Shown here: one piece after another, positions 27,530 to 44,499 of the stretch
How positions within the stretch are numbered: the first letter of the stretch is position 1
Layout: every line of letters starts with the position of its first letter
Assembly: GCA_012295275.1 (NCBI GenBank)
Contig: CM022674.1
Coordinates: 16,492,001-16,556,000 of the forward strand
From: Chrysomallon squamiferum
Taxonomy: Eukaryota; Animalia; Mollusca
DNA: 64,000 bases
Direction: 5' to 3'
Program-made: the position numbers and the translations under genes
Notes under the pieces: generated by a model
Told to the model about the DNA's origin: nothing
The model's input: only the letters and a program-made list of their open reading frames with translations
Database searches by the model: none

Positions 27530-28800
27530 AGTTGAATTACTGGGAAAAAGTCAGTCTGGCTTTCCATAGGATTACTCTACAACTGATAACATTTTTGTAG
27601 TACAAACTTTATTTGAATTAGTAAAGAGAACGAAGAAAAGTATATACTATTCTTTTATCGATTTTCAAAATGTGTTTGAATCTGTAGGGCCTATTCATTT
27701 ATGGCAAAAAAATATCACGATACTAATGGGAAATGTTTCAGAATAATATTTAAAATATACGACGGTATAAAATCAAGAACTGTACATGATAGCAGTATAT
27801 TAAAATATGTTTTTGGCAATATTAGAATAAGGCAAGGAGAGAACTTTCACATTTTTTATTTCCATTATATTTAAACAGGTAAAAATATGTACTGTGTTTT
27901 TATAGATGTTTAAGAAGCTATAGTAACTATTAAGTTACGATATTAATAGGAAATGTTTCAGAAAAACAATTAATATGTACGACGGTATAAAATCAAGAAC
28001 TGTACATAACGGCAATACTGGAATAAGGCAAGGAGATATAATTAATTAATTTTAGCACAATGTTTAGCAACAGAAGACTTACAACATCAACTACAGTGTT
28101 TTGAAATATATTCTAAAACATGGAAATTAAGAGATTCTACTCCAAACTGAAAAATTAAGATTTTTTCCAGAGGCAATTTAAAAACAAATACTTATAGATT
28201 TACATATAATAATATGGAAATATAAACTGATAGAGATGTTAAATACCTCGAGTTTGTTTTAAGTAAATCTGCATCCTTCATAAATATTAAGAAAAATGTA
28301 TTCAACTTAACTTCAAAGTAAAAGTTTGCTATATTAAAAACAAAATTTACAATTTAATATATCAATGAACTGTCAGATTTGTTTGCCTAGATTTATAAAA
28401 CCAATAATATTCTATGGCTGTGAAATCTGGGGTTTTAGTAATTACAATATAATTGAAAGATTTCATCTAAAATTTTGCAAATATATATTATGTGTTAAGA
28501 AGTGAACAAAAAGCTTTGTGGTTTATAGTGAATTAGGGAGGTGATTACATTTTGGGCAAACGTTTTTAACTGTAAAGCGTACAAATTGCCTAGTGTACTA
28601 TACATGTTGTTACATATTACAACAGTATAAATGCCAAATAAAGTCCTCGGTTTTTTTCCATAAAAGGTATACTAAACAAACATATACAAACATGTGTAAT
28701 ATTTATTCATGTGTCCCAGTGAATGGTTTCTAGTTAAAACATTCTGTTGAAAGATATACGTGTAATCAGTTCTGACAAAAATGGAATAGAGATAAATAGT
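27530..28800 (+). mobile_element. Degenerate LINE reverse-transcriptase fragment
   Basis: QSGF..YSTTDNIFVVQTL..YSFIDFQNVFESV..LWQK..IRQGEN; later IKPIIFYGCEIWGF..IERFHLKFCKYIL. Many stops, and an internal duplication at 27720-28040. Confidence 0.78.
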
Positions 28801-30803
28801 TAACAAAGAAATCAAATATATTTTAACAAATTATTAAAAGGATAATGAGGTAATAGTTTGTAATGATTTTATTCTCAATTTTCAATCATGCCTCTAGTAG
28901 GCACACTATCACAGTAAATTTAGAAGTTAATTTCACTGATAATTAATTACAAACATTCATCTGAAAATTAATAATCATTAAACATAATTATTATTAATAA
29001 GAACATTTGAAATAATCATTTCAAATGTTCTTATTAATAATTGTAATGTTTAATAGTAACAAATTACATTTAATTTAAAATGCACGTATACAGAATAATT
29101 TCTCAGCTATAATTATTATCAATACCGAAATGTAAAACGATAATTATAACAAATTAGGAATAAGGTGAACACTTTCAGTGACTGATAAATCAGTCATATT
29201 TTAGGCCTAACCAGAAACTGTTGTGACATTTGATGCAACACACTGCCTGAATTTCATCTAATTTTATCACAGTTCAGTTATTTCCCATTCAGCGACAATA
29301 TTTACCACAATAATGAAAGCGATAAGCACGTCATCCATATGCAACACTTATAACTAATATGCAAATACAGTTTTTAGCAATATGCAAATGTTAAATAATA
29401 CGAACAAGCTTATGTATCCTTATTAGTATAATAATACATCATAAATTCTAATGCAAAAATAAAAGAAATACTTATTATAAATATGCAAATTTAAGTAATC
29501 ATAATAATAATATATATTACATATGGAGAAATGCAAAATATTTATTATCATATTTTTTCTGGATATTCAAGTGATCAAATGCTATACTTATTAATAAAAT
29601 ATATTATGTAAACTATTTATTATATTATATTTTTTCCTGAATATTCAAGTAAAAAATATAAGAAATTATGAATGATCAAATCTTTATAAAAATAGATAAA
29701 TAAATGAATAAACGAAACACAAATAATCAAATAAATATATCAACGAATAACAATAAAGACAGTTAAAGAACATACAAATAAATAAACAGTCAAACAGACA
29801 ATAAAACAAGATAAATAAATTTATAAAAAAATTATATTAAAGAGATAACAAGAAATATTTATTAAATACGAATGTAATAAAAAAAGGTTTCTGTTCAAAC
29901 CAATAAAGTAGGTTACATATATATAACCTGAGAAATAGTCATTAATAATAAAATTTAATTCGTTTATAGATGTAACTGGAATATTCTATCATATCAAAAA
30001 AAAAAATAATAATAATAAAAAAAAAATAAAATGTAGGAAATAAATAATTCAGGTGGTTTCATATTTTAGCTTAATGCTCTGAGTACATCATTAGAAAAAT
30101 GTTCTGAACGTGTACTGGTGTGTTTGAGTCTATGAACATGGGGTGGGTAGATCGATGATACATTGGTGGATAGACAGACAGAAGGGTTACTGAAATCCTG
30201 GAAAATTAAGAAATGTTTATTTTTCAAGTGATTTCTTTTTCTAAAAATTATTTTGCTGGCTAAAGAAACACGAGGCAAAGATAACTATAACAGAAAAGGA
30301 AAACAAAACAAAGAGTCACATAACCACTACATTATTAATTACATTAATCATATTCACCGTAGCATCAAATACTTCAGCTCTCAATAGAAAACAGAAGTTT
30401 ACGTCATACGGTTAATTTGTTTCGGGGTTTTACTTAGTTTGATAGCCTGCAACAGCAAAATGTTAAGTTGTAGATTTATCATTAGCTAGAAGCCGATACA
30501 GCAACAAGATTGTGTAATCAGTACGAGATTGGTTGATTGTATTTAACACGTGTGTTTTACGAGGAACAGTTCTTTAAGAAAAGATTTTCAAACCTCTGGA
30601 AACTTACAAAATATTTATCAGCTATTGTTTGATGTTAATTGTTGATTCTCTTTGAACAAAAACAGATTTGGTGAAAATTCTTAGAAAATTTAGTAGAAAT
30701 AAATAACAGCTTATTTGGCTCTACGAAATAACAATTAAAATCTCTGTATGCAATTATACTGATTTTGTTCTGAACAGAAGATAGCACTGAAATCATTGGT
30801 AAA

Positions 30804-31377
30804 ATGCAGATACTGAGAAAGATGCACGGGATACTTTTCTGCTTTTTACCATTTCTGGTAATTGTTGTTTTTACTGACAATTCTGTGTTTAGTACTCGTA
30901 AGACTTTCCGAAACTTACCAAAGTACAAAAATAAAAAACATGCAGAAAATCCTTCAAAAGAATTGAACGTGTCCGATAAACACCACTGTATCACAGAATG
31001 TTCCAGCTACGTCGGCTGTAAAGGTTTCGTATATAACAACGGCAACGACATGTGTTCTCTGTACTGTAAAACATTGACATCTCTTTCGTTTGTTAGCGAG
31101 GCAGAAACAGAATCACATGTTATAATATATCCGTATTCGTTTGTGTTTTTCTGTCTTTAGATTTTTTATTTATATACGTATTCCTTTGTTTATTTACTAT
31201 TACTATGTATATATATTGCAGGCAGGCTTTGTTTTATATATATATTTTATTCATTTAGTATCACATTGGCGATGACGATATTAACATACATTATCTACTA
31301 CAAGTTTCACTACTGATTATGTTATTAGGTGACTTTTCGAATTCCGACTACTACAGCTGTTATCTTTATTACTTTTA

Positions 31378-31432
<55 letters not shown>

Positions 31433-31700
31433 TACTACTAATACTGCTACTATAATGTTGCATCTGACTAGGTAAAGATAATGCTATTATTATACAAAGT
31501 ATTCTCTCTATCTGTGTAGAGATAAATGTTATTATTATTACAGAAAGAATTCAGTCTGACTGTCTAGAAATAATTAATGTTATTATTAGAGAAAGTGCTC
31601 CCTCTGACTGTGAAGAGATAATTTATGTTGTTGTTATTCCAGAAAGTGTTCCCTCTGACTGTAGAGATGCTTATGAATGGAGCAATACGTAGTAGGAGTT
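30804..31700 (+). pseudogene. Inverted PAN/Apple-FReD relic E: full-length open exon 1 plus stuttered exon-2 starts
   Basis: 30804..31119 is 316 nt: MQILRKMHGILFCFLPFLVIVVF..RKTFRNLPKY..CITECSSYVGCKGFVYNNGNDMCSLY; the donor site is lost. Four partial copies of tacagaaagtgttccctctgactgt lie at 31490-31700. Flank 29915-30800 is the reverse complement of 11430-12370. Confidence 0.83.
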
Positions 31701-32822
31701 GAAAAGGGAAGTTGTTGATCAGACCAAATAAATAATAATAATAACAATACAAGTGTTTAGTGTCTGGTTAAGTTTTTGATTTGATTTGATATGATTTGAT
31801 TTCATTATTTGATTTTTAAAATTATATTTATTATTATTATTATTAGTAGTAGTAGTAGTAGTAGTAGTAGCAGTAGTAGTAGTAGTATTGTTCATTTATT
31901 TATTTTTTATTTACTTTTTTATTTATTTATGTAGAATAGCAATGCGCAGTCAGAAGAAAACTAAGCACAGTAGAACTTATCGAACTGTATTCAAATAAAT
32001 AATTTATCTTTCTTCACCTGTTTTGTTATTTTTCAAATTGACTAATATTACACTGATCAATCTATATATGACCATCCACTGAACTGAGTCACGTGGGATC
32101 AACTGAACCCACTTTCCCAGTAATGTTTTGTCTTCAAAGAGATGATGTTATTTAAAATATTTATGTGTTTTTATATAAACTAGATATTGTGTTTACAATC
32201 AGACTAATATACATGTGTGTGTGTGTTTGTGTGTGTGTATGTGTGTGTGTGCGTGGTGTGTTATTTATTTCTTATGTTTGGTAGTAGTAGTAGTGGTAGT
32301 GGTAGTAGTAGTAATATTTATATTAGTATTGTTTTGTTGATTGTTTGTTTCCTGTTGCTTTAATGAAAGTGTTTTTTAGAATTATTAATACTTTTTTATA
32401 TAATCATGCTTGTTTTATAACCAATGAACAAAACACAACAAAAAACAAACAGATAAATAAATAAATACATGAAGCATGAACATATTTTCCTTTTATTACA
32501 GACAGAAAAGCAAACAACTTAAAAATCAGAATAAAGACTGGTAGAAGTTTCACGAATTTTTCCTTCACAAAATACACTTTTATAATACCAGCTAGGAACC
32601 TACTACAAACTCTTTAATACAGTACAGCTCATACCAACAGAAACAAACACGAATGTGAAGGTGAACAAAAGACTGAAAAAATATCTGCTTAAAACGTTCA
32701 TGAATAAAACGAAACGAAAAGGAAAAGAAATAGAAGAAACACACAGAAAAAGATAAAAATATATCAACTAAAAACGAAAAAAAAAAAATAATAATGATAA
32801 CAAAAGCTTTGCTCAAACTTAC

Positions 32823-33487
32823 AAGCCAACCGCTATCATTATCTGATATTTCGCAGAACGCCCTGATTGGTGTCCCGTTGTCACGTGGTACAATTGTATA
32901 AACTCCGCTTGTTTTACCTCCATTCATAATTATCTCTACACAGTCAGACGGAACACTTTCTGTAATAATAACAACAACAACAGTGATGATAACGCTAGTT
33001 TATGAATTATTATGCAAAAAGAAAAAATGCATAATTCAGGAATAAATGGATACAAATAAATGCATATATAAACACATATACTTATTAACAAACACACATT
33101 CATATGAGCAAAACAATTCGTATTTTTCTAAATGTATTTGTATATAAGTAAACAAACAAACCACAACTTACCATAATATTCTGTTTCTGTCTCACTAACA
33201 ATGGACAGAGAAGTCAATGGTTCACTGTACAGAGAACACATGCCGTTGCCGTTGTTGTAGATGAAACCTCTTCAACCGACGTAGTCGGAGCATTCTGTGA
33301 CGCAGTAGACTTTACTGGACACTTTCAATTCTTTTGAAGAGTTTTCTGCAGGTTGCTTATCTTTCTAATGTGGGAACTTTCGAATAGTCTTACGAGTGCC
33401 AAGCTCGGAATTGAAAAAAGAAACAACGATTATCATATATGCTAAAACACAGAATATTATCTCGTGGATCTTTTTCATTATCTCCAT
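32823..33487 (-). pseudogene. PAN/Apple-FReD relic F (exons 1-2)
   Basis: Exon 1 33487..33172 (316 nt) has in-frame TAG (KFPH*) and TGA (YVG*RGF). Exon 2 32959..32823 is intact. Exons 3-5 are absent. Confidence 0.87.
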
Positions 33488-34552
33488 AAAATATTGATTT
33501 GTTCTACTAGTATTTCCAAGAGACTGTCACTACAAAACTGAACTTTTCTAGTTTGTGTTTTCAGTCCAGAGCAGAACTATTTCATTCTGTTAAAACCTTT
33601 CTTTAATAATTGCTATTAATTTTCGCAGTTCAAATGAAATATATAGAAGCCAAACAGAATAGTAATCAGATTTAGTAAACAAGTTTTTGATGTTGAAGAT
33701 GGTTAATTTAATTAGTAATGTAGTGATTATATTGTTGTTTTTCTGTATAATTCGTATTGATTCTTTCTATTCAGTTGAAAGAAATAGAAGCCGACCATAA
33801 TTGTTTATTCTTTTAATAGTCATCAGGGATCATTTGAAATATGATGTGTACATCTTTCAAAATTAATATTTACGCTTGCTGAACTAGGAGAATCTCTTAT
33901 ATTTTCCCTCTGTTTTTGCCTCTTCTTAATTTCTTGTTTCTTTATGTCTTGCTTCAGGGTCTGGTTTTAGCTAAACATTCTGTTTTTATATTTTTTTGCT
34001 GCATCTTTGTGTTTTTGGTTTTCTTTTTATTCGGGGCGGTGGGCTGTCTATTTCGTTGTTTTGTTTATTTTTTTTTTTTTTTTTTTCGTTCTCTATTTAT
34101 ATTTCAGTTATTTTGTTGTTTTTACTGTTCATATATTTTATTACTATATATTTTTGAGTCTGTATCGTGTGGGCTGTATAAAATAAATAAAATAAAATAA
34201 ATAATTCCTTCTTTTCCAGGAATTCAGTAATCCGTCTATCTATCAACTAATGTATCATCTATTCACACACCCATCTTCATATCCTGAATCACAACGGTAC
34301 ATGTACATACCTTTTGACTAAAGATGTATAGAGAGAGAGTATTAAGTTAGAACATTAAACCAAGTGAATTATTTATTTCATACTCTGTTGGATATGATCG
34401 AATATTCAAGTTACACCTACAAAGTTATTTAATTTTATTATTATTGTTTTCACAGAGAGATTATTAGTTTTATTGTGTGTGTATGTATGTATGTATGTAT
34501 GTATGACTATGTATCTGTTTATGTATGTGTTTGTTGCTACGCTATGTATTGG

Positions 34553-34618
<66 letters not shown>

Positions 34619-34884
34619 CATATAAATGTAACGTAGGACAAATCAATTTCTAGTATGTTCAATGCAACCACAGCATCATCAGTTATGATTATTAAATAAT
34701 TTATTGTGGACTCTTTGACAGAAGTGTGATAATAATTACTCATTTACTTGTTTTCATATTTACAGTATTCTTTCTAATATCATTAATATTACTACTACAC
34801 TACTTTTGTTATTGTTAATTTATTGTTATTACTGTTATTATTCGTGATGTTCTTGCTAGTGTTATAACTGTTATTATAATAACA

Positions 34885-35700
34885 ATAAAGAGAAAATTTG
34901 TCACCTTTTTTTTTTCATTATATTTAAATGATTTAGCAGTTTGTTCAGCCACAGAAGCCTGCAAAGGTAATCAATAATAGCATATTTTGTTGCGAAAAAT
35001 ATTAATCTATATCTCAATATATTTGTCCTGTTATATGCTGATGACACTGTGCTACTAGGGCAACACAAAATTATTTACAGCATCAACTGCATTGTTTTGA
35101 AATGTATTGTAGAACATGGAAATTAAAAGTTAATGCTGCGAATCCAAAACATTATTTTTCTTCCAGAGGCAATTTGAAAACAGATTTCTATATAATAATA
35201 TGGAAATAGAAATTGTGGCTCAGGTTAAATGCCTCGGGCATGTTTTAATTAAATGTGGATCCTTCATAAACGCTAACAAAGGTTTATTCAACATAGATTC
35301 AAACTCTGTGTTTGCTGCATTAGAAAAGTGTATTTGTTAATTTATCAATCAAATGTCGGTTAGATTAGTTTTTACAAGATTGTAAACCAGTATTATTATA
35401 TGAATTAGAGAGATATCCATTTTCTATGAGTGTTTCAATAAGAATGATTACATTTGGGGAAAGACTGTTAACTGTAAACAGTACCAATTGTATCTTATAA
35501 CCATACCATAAATGTTATATGTCCATGGTCATCTTCCTTAAAAGCTATTCTAGATAAATATGTATATGTAACATGTATTCATGTGTCTGTTTCGTGGTTA
35601 AAATACGCTGTTAAAATAATTTTATGACCAGTTATCTCAATAATGGAACACAACAAAAGTTGAGTCATATAAAGGCACTAAATAGAGAATGTTTAATTAA
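34885..35700 (+). mobile_element. Degenerate LINE RT fragment, same family as 27.5-28.8 kb
   Basis: ENLSPFFFSLYLNDL and FVLLYADDTVLL (YADD box at ~35033-35044), followed by YCRTWKLKVN. Confidence 0.8.
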
Positions 35701-37096
35701 GAACATCCATTATCTGTTAAAGCTGCAAATACTTTATCAAAAACATTAACCGATTATATGTCTACGTTAACCTATTGCAACGATAAACAAAGTTATATGA
35801 ATCTTAATTTAAGGGAAAAATAATCAAAATTATATGTTTGTTAACCTATAGGAAAAAATATTTACACCTTGAGCATGAAAACCTATATGCAACCTTCATA
35901 TCTGGGCCGTACGATAAACGAAAGGATATGTTATATCTCTATGCCACTACTATTACTGTGATATAATTATATTGTGAGTCAAATAAAAAAAAGGAAACAA
36001 GGATGAACATTTATTTTTTATAGAGGTAGAATAATAATCGTTAGAACTCAGCAAGAGCAAAGTGAAGCTCTTCTGCATTTTTACATATATATTCACACAT
36101 GTACATACACATATATATTATATATATACATACATATACATACATACATATATATGCACGTATATGTAAATATATACATACATACATATATATATTTATA
36201 TATATGTGTGTGTGTGTGTATTGTTGTTATTCTACTTTTTACACTGAATTCTGAGAAAACGTTCTTCATCCATGTCTGTGTTTGAAATTCATGCTGTCTA
36301 TATTCTGAATTTCTATTTTTAATTTACGTTAGTTTCACTTTCTCTCCATTATTCAATAATAATAATAATAATTTTAAAAAGTATTCAAAAGTAAAAAATA
36401 TTTTTTAATTCGCAAAAATCATGATTTGACTGATTTTACAGCAGACCTTTCTAAAAGAAACAAATCAAAGACATTTTACAAATTATTGAAAAAATAATGA
36501 GTAAACAGTTTGTAATTTTCTTCCGTTGTCAGTGTTCAATCATGTCTGTACTGGGCACCCTATTCGAGTAAATTTAGAAATTAATTTCACTGATAATAAT
36601 TACAAACATTTAATTGAAAATTAATAATCATCAAACATAATTATTATTAATAAGCATATATGATATACAAATTATAATAATAAATTACATTTAATTTAAA
36701 ATGTAGAATAATTATTACATCATAATTATTACCAATGTGAAAATGTAAAACAATAATTATTATCAATATTATAATATAAAATGATCTTAATAATAACAAA
36801 TTACATTTGGTTTAAAATGCACATAAATAGAGTAATTGTTATATCATAATTATTATCAATATGAAAATGTAAAACAATAATTATTGTAGCAAATTAGGAA
36901 TAAGCTTAACACATTCAATGGCAGATAAATCAGTCAGGATTTCAATAGAAACCTGAAACCTTTGTGACCTTTGATCCAATACAATGGAATTCATCTGGAT
37001 TTATCACAGTTAAGTTATTTCCCATTCAGTGACAATTTTGACCTCAGAGATGGAAGGAAAAAGCCTATCTAATAACATATTATTAATAAGAAATAA

Positions 37097-37127
<31 letters not shown>

Positions 37128-38501
37128 TTATGAATATGCAAATGAGAAATATTACAAATAAGCATATGTATTATTAGTAGTATAACAATATATTATCAAT
37201 TCTAATGAAAAAATGAAACAATAACAAATATAAATATGCAAATTAAAGTTATTATAATAATGTATTATGTATGGAGAAATGTTAAATATTTATTTTATCT
37301 TATTTCTTTATGAATATTCAAATGTAAAATATAAGAAATCATGAACGATAAATTGTTAATGAAAAATAGATAAATAATTAAACAAACAAACAAAAAGGCA
37401 AATAAATAAATAAAACAAGTAAATAAATAAATAAATAAATTAAAAAAAATATATTTTATTTCTAATAAAGAGATAATAGAAATATTTTCAAATCTAGATT
37501 CAAAACTGGTAGAAATTTCAAATAGTTTTACATTCACAAAATACATTTTTATATCAGCAGCGAGGAATTATTTACAAACTGTTTATACAGTATACAACAC
37601 ATACTACATGTTTTTTTTTTATAGAGTCACAAAAACAAGCACGAATGAAGCTGGGATAAATCCTTATAATCAATACACAGTTATGTGGCAAAACTTTTAG
37701 ATATCAGTAATAATTCATATTGTTTAAAATAGTATTTTAAATTTATCTTTATAAAAACGGGAATAAATTTCTTATCAAATTCAACAACTATTGTTTATCT
37801 AAATCTGAATTTCTAGTACTTTCCAAAAACAACAATTATTAAGTCACATTTAACAACTGTTTTCAAAGACCATTGCTATATTTACATTCAGGAATTGCTT
37901 CTAGAATACAGTTTATAAATTTACGTTCTGCAACTGCTTCAGAAATAGTAGTTTATATATTCAAATTTTAAAAGTTTCCAAAGGTACGTTGTAAAATTAA
38001 CATTTAAAAACCATTTGCAAAGACATAACTTACAAATTTAAGTAATAAATAAAACAGTTTCAAATAATCTAGCAACACAAAATGAATTAAACAATTGAAC
38101 TTTTTTCTTTTCTTTTTTCTTTTTAAATATATTGTTTTTCTTTATGAGTTTCAATATATAGACTAGAACACATCCTTTAAAATGGAATTTTTTTCTCTTC
38201 CTTTATTTTTATTTTAAATCTCCAGTGATCAATTCATATTCATTAGGCGAATACTACTGTCTCATTTCCAATGAAAAAGCACTTTTAGTTCAAAGGAGAA
38301 GATGGTCGAATTTTCATTACACTTTTAGTTCAAAACAGAAGATGGTCGAATTTTCGTCACAGTTTTAGTTCAAAACAGAAGATGGTCGAATTTTCGTCAC
38401 AGTTTTAGATGGTCAAATTTTTTAGTTCAAAACAGAAGATGGTCGAATTTTCGTCACAGTTTTAGTTCAAAACAGAAGATGGTCGAATTTTCGTCACAGT
38501 T

Positions 38502-41048
<2,547 letters not shown>

Positions 41049-41732
41049 TTTATAAATGGTAGCAATGTCGAAATTCAGATATCTGTATTCAGAACAAAAT
41101 GAATCTAATTACGTAAAGAGAATTTAATTGTTATTTCAGAGAGCCAAATAAACTAGTAATTTCTTCTACTAATGTTTCCAAGGCACTGTCACTACCAGAC
41201 TGAACTCTTCAAATATATTAAGCGTTTGACACAAGCTTCTGTTTTCAGTCCTGTGTTAAATAAAACCTTTTCTAATAATTCCTTCAGCTTCTCTCGATTG
41301 AGCTGAAACATATATAAACGAAACAGAATGGTAATCACATTCGGTGAACAAATATTTTATGCTAGAGTGAATATGGATCATTTAATTAATAATGAAGTGG
41401 TTATTGATATGTTTGTGTAATTCGTACTGATTCTTTCAATTTATCTGAAATAAATAGAAGGCGATCAGAATTGTTTATTCGTATAACAGTCATCAGGGAA
41501 ATGATCATTTGAAATATGATTTGCACTGTCTTGCTTCAGCGATTTGTTTAGGGCGAAATGTTTGTTATCTTTCTTTTTGTTGCTGTATCTTTGTGGAGTT
41601 TTGTTACTGAGGGGAGTGTGTGCTTATATGCTTGTTCTGTGTAGTTGTTATTGAGTCATGTTGTTGCTTTTGTTGTTCGTACTGTTCTTTTATTGTATTA
41701 ATATATATTTGTAAGTGTATATCGTGTGGGAT

Positions 41733-42282
41733 CTAGTAGGTTTAGAGGAAGCTAGTATGTACATCTTGTTAATTTTTTAGTAATAGTAATTGTATAATAG
41801 TATAGTAAGTTTAGAGATAGCTAGTATGTACATCTTGTTAATTTTTTAGTAATAGTAATTGTAGTAGTATTATAGTATGTTTAGAGGTAGCTAGCATGTA
41901 TGTCTTGTTAATTTTTTAGTAGTAGTAATTGTAGTAATATTATAGTATGTTTAGAGGTAGCTAGCATGTACATCTTGTTAATTTTTTAGTAGTAATTGTA
42001 GTAATAGTATATTAGGTTTAGAGATAGCTAGCATGTATGCCTTGTTAATTTGTTGGTAATAGTAATTGTAGTAATATTATAGTATGTTTAGAGGTAGCTA
42101 GCATGTACATCTTGTTAATGTTTTATAGTAGTAATTGTATAATAGTATAACAGGTTTAGAGATAGGGATCTAGTAGGTTTAGAGAAAGCTAGTATGTACA
42201 TCTAGTTAATGTTTTAGTGGTTGTATTTATAGTAATAGTATAGTAAGTTTAGAGGTAGCTAGTATGTATATCTTGTTAATTT
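41733..42282. repeat. Minisatellite with a ~65-70-bp unit, about 8 copies
   Basis: gtttagaggtagctag(t/c)atgtacatcttgttaattttttagtaatagtaattgta.. repeated. Confidence 0.9.
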
Positions 42283-42299
42283 TGATGTTATTTCACTAA

Positions 42300-42460
42300 A
42301 CAAAAGTCAAATCAAATCACCTTTTCATACTGCTGGTTGTGAACATGATTCCATTCCATGGGATAAAAGTTATATCCCCCAGAAATGTTTTCGTATTTAC
42401 TGGGATTTGAACGCGATCTTCACCCCGCACATTTTCCCATATCAACAGCGTCTGATTCTT
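42300..42460 (-). mobile_element. Possible short SINE relic
   Basis: B-box-like GTTCAAATCC on the minus strand near 42403-42412 and a (tttga)n-like tail at 42304-42320. Confidence 0.3.
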
Positions 42461-42504
42461 ATTTATCCAAATTAGTCTGTGATCTGATGACAATAATTAC
42501 AAAA

Positions 42505-42539
<35 letters not shown>

Positions 42540-43879
42540 GTAAATAAATAAGTAAATAAGCATATTCAAGATACACTGACATTTAAAAAGATTAATTATG
42601 TCTGTTATTTTTTATTTTTTATTATTTTATTTTATTTTATTATGGTCTCCGTCTCTCTGTTCTGGTTATACTCGTTAATTCTCTCTTTCTTTCACTACTT
42701 TCTCTTCTTATCTCTTTCTCTATCTCACAAATTTGTTTCATCCTTATCTTTTAGTATTTAGAATTAGTAATTATTTATTTATTTGGCTGGTTAGGTAGTT
42801 AATTAGAAAGATAGATAGATGGGCTGTTGTTGGCTCGTCAATTTGAATGAATTATAAACATCAAAAGACTAGGAAAATGGGTACATATCGCATCAAAGGA
42901 GATATGATAGATCTCTGGAAAGCCAGAAATTGTGTTGTTTTCTTATCATAGTCACTACCTATAATTCCTTCAGTGGGAATATCAGCAAAGGTGAGCCTAT
43001 CACAGAAAGAAAACAAATAATAAAAATAAATATGACAAAGACATTGAACTAATAATAGTAATTCATTTTTATATCAGCATTCGCTTTAGTGCTAGACATA
43101 GGCTTAATTCAAACACAGATAAAGTGTCATATTAGGATCAGGAATTTCCAGGAATGAAAACTAAGAAAGAGGAGACTACCGGTGACAAAATGAAGAAGAA
43201 GAACACCACCACCAGCACCAACAGTAATAAGAACAACAACAGCAGCAGCAACAACAATCGTTACTACTCATAACATAATACCGTTAGTACTACTATAACT
43301 ACAGCGAATTAACCAAATACTACTGTTTCTACTACAACTACTACTACTAATACAGTTACTAATTCTGAAACCACCACAACTATAACTAGAATACTTACTA
43401 CCACTACTTTTACTACTGCTGTTTCTGCTACTGCTACTGCTATTATTACTACTACTACTACTACGGCTACTACTACTGTTTCAACTACATCTTTTTTGGG
43501 TCAACGTACAAACGTCTCAAATTGGCTCCAGTTTCTGTTAGAACTTTCCTCTGTTTGCCACTTTGAAGGTCAATGAACTCTATATTGTTGCCACCGGAAT
43601 AATAGTCTACGGTTCTTGCTATCCAGTGCTGTATAAAAAATCTGCGGAACGTCTGAAATTAAGTAACGAAAATAGAAATCTGATATTTTTAAATTAGAAA
43701 TTAATGAGAAATATAATACAGGATTGTTTTTCAAATTAGTCAAATTCTTAAATAAGGTCTTAAACACAAAGATTATTAAAAACAGAAAGCCAGAGACACA
43801 AAAGTGTTAAAATGTTTAAGATAAAAAAGGTACTAAGATACAAACAGGTAGGTATCTCGCTAAAAATGTACACACAGAC

Positions 43880-43937
<58 letters not shown>

Positions 43938-44281
43938 CAAACACACATATAAATAAATAGACATATAAATAGATGGATAGATAGATAGACAGATATATAG
44001 ATACATATTTAAACAGATATATAGTCACATACACATGTATGTATATATGATTCTATCTAGCTGTCAATAGTTCTGTGTGTGAACACACATACACATGCCA
44101 ACACACATTAACACACACATGCTTTCCTCTGATCTGCTCTCTCTCTCTGTCTCTCTCTCTCTCTGTCTCTCTCTATCTATCTGTCTATTAATCTGTGTGT
44201 GTACTTATCTCTATGTTTGTCTATTGTCCTGTCTGTCTCTCTGACTGTCTATCAGTCTAACTACCTATCTGTATAGAGAGA

Positions 44282-44437
<156 letters not shown>

Positions 44438-44499
44438 TATTACTAGTAGAAATCAGTTTTTTTGTCATTTCTTTTTTTCTTGTGGGTTAAATCAGATGG

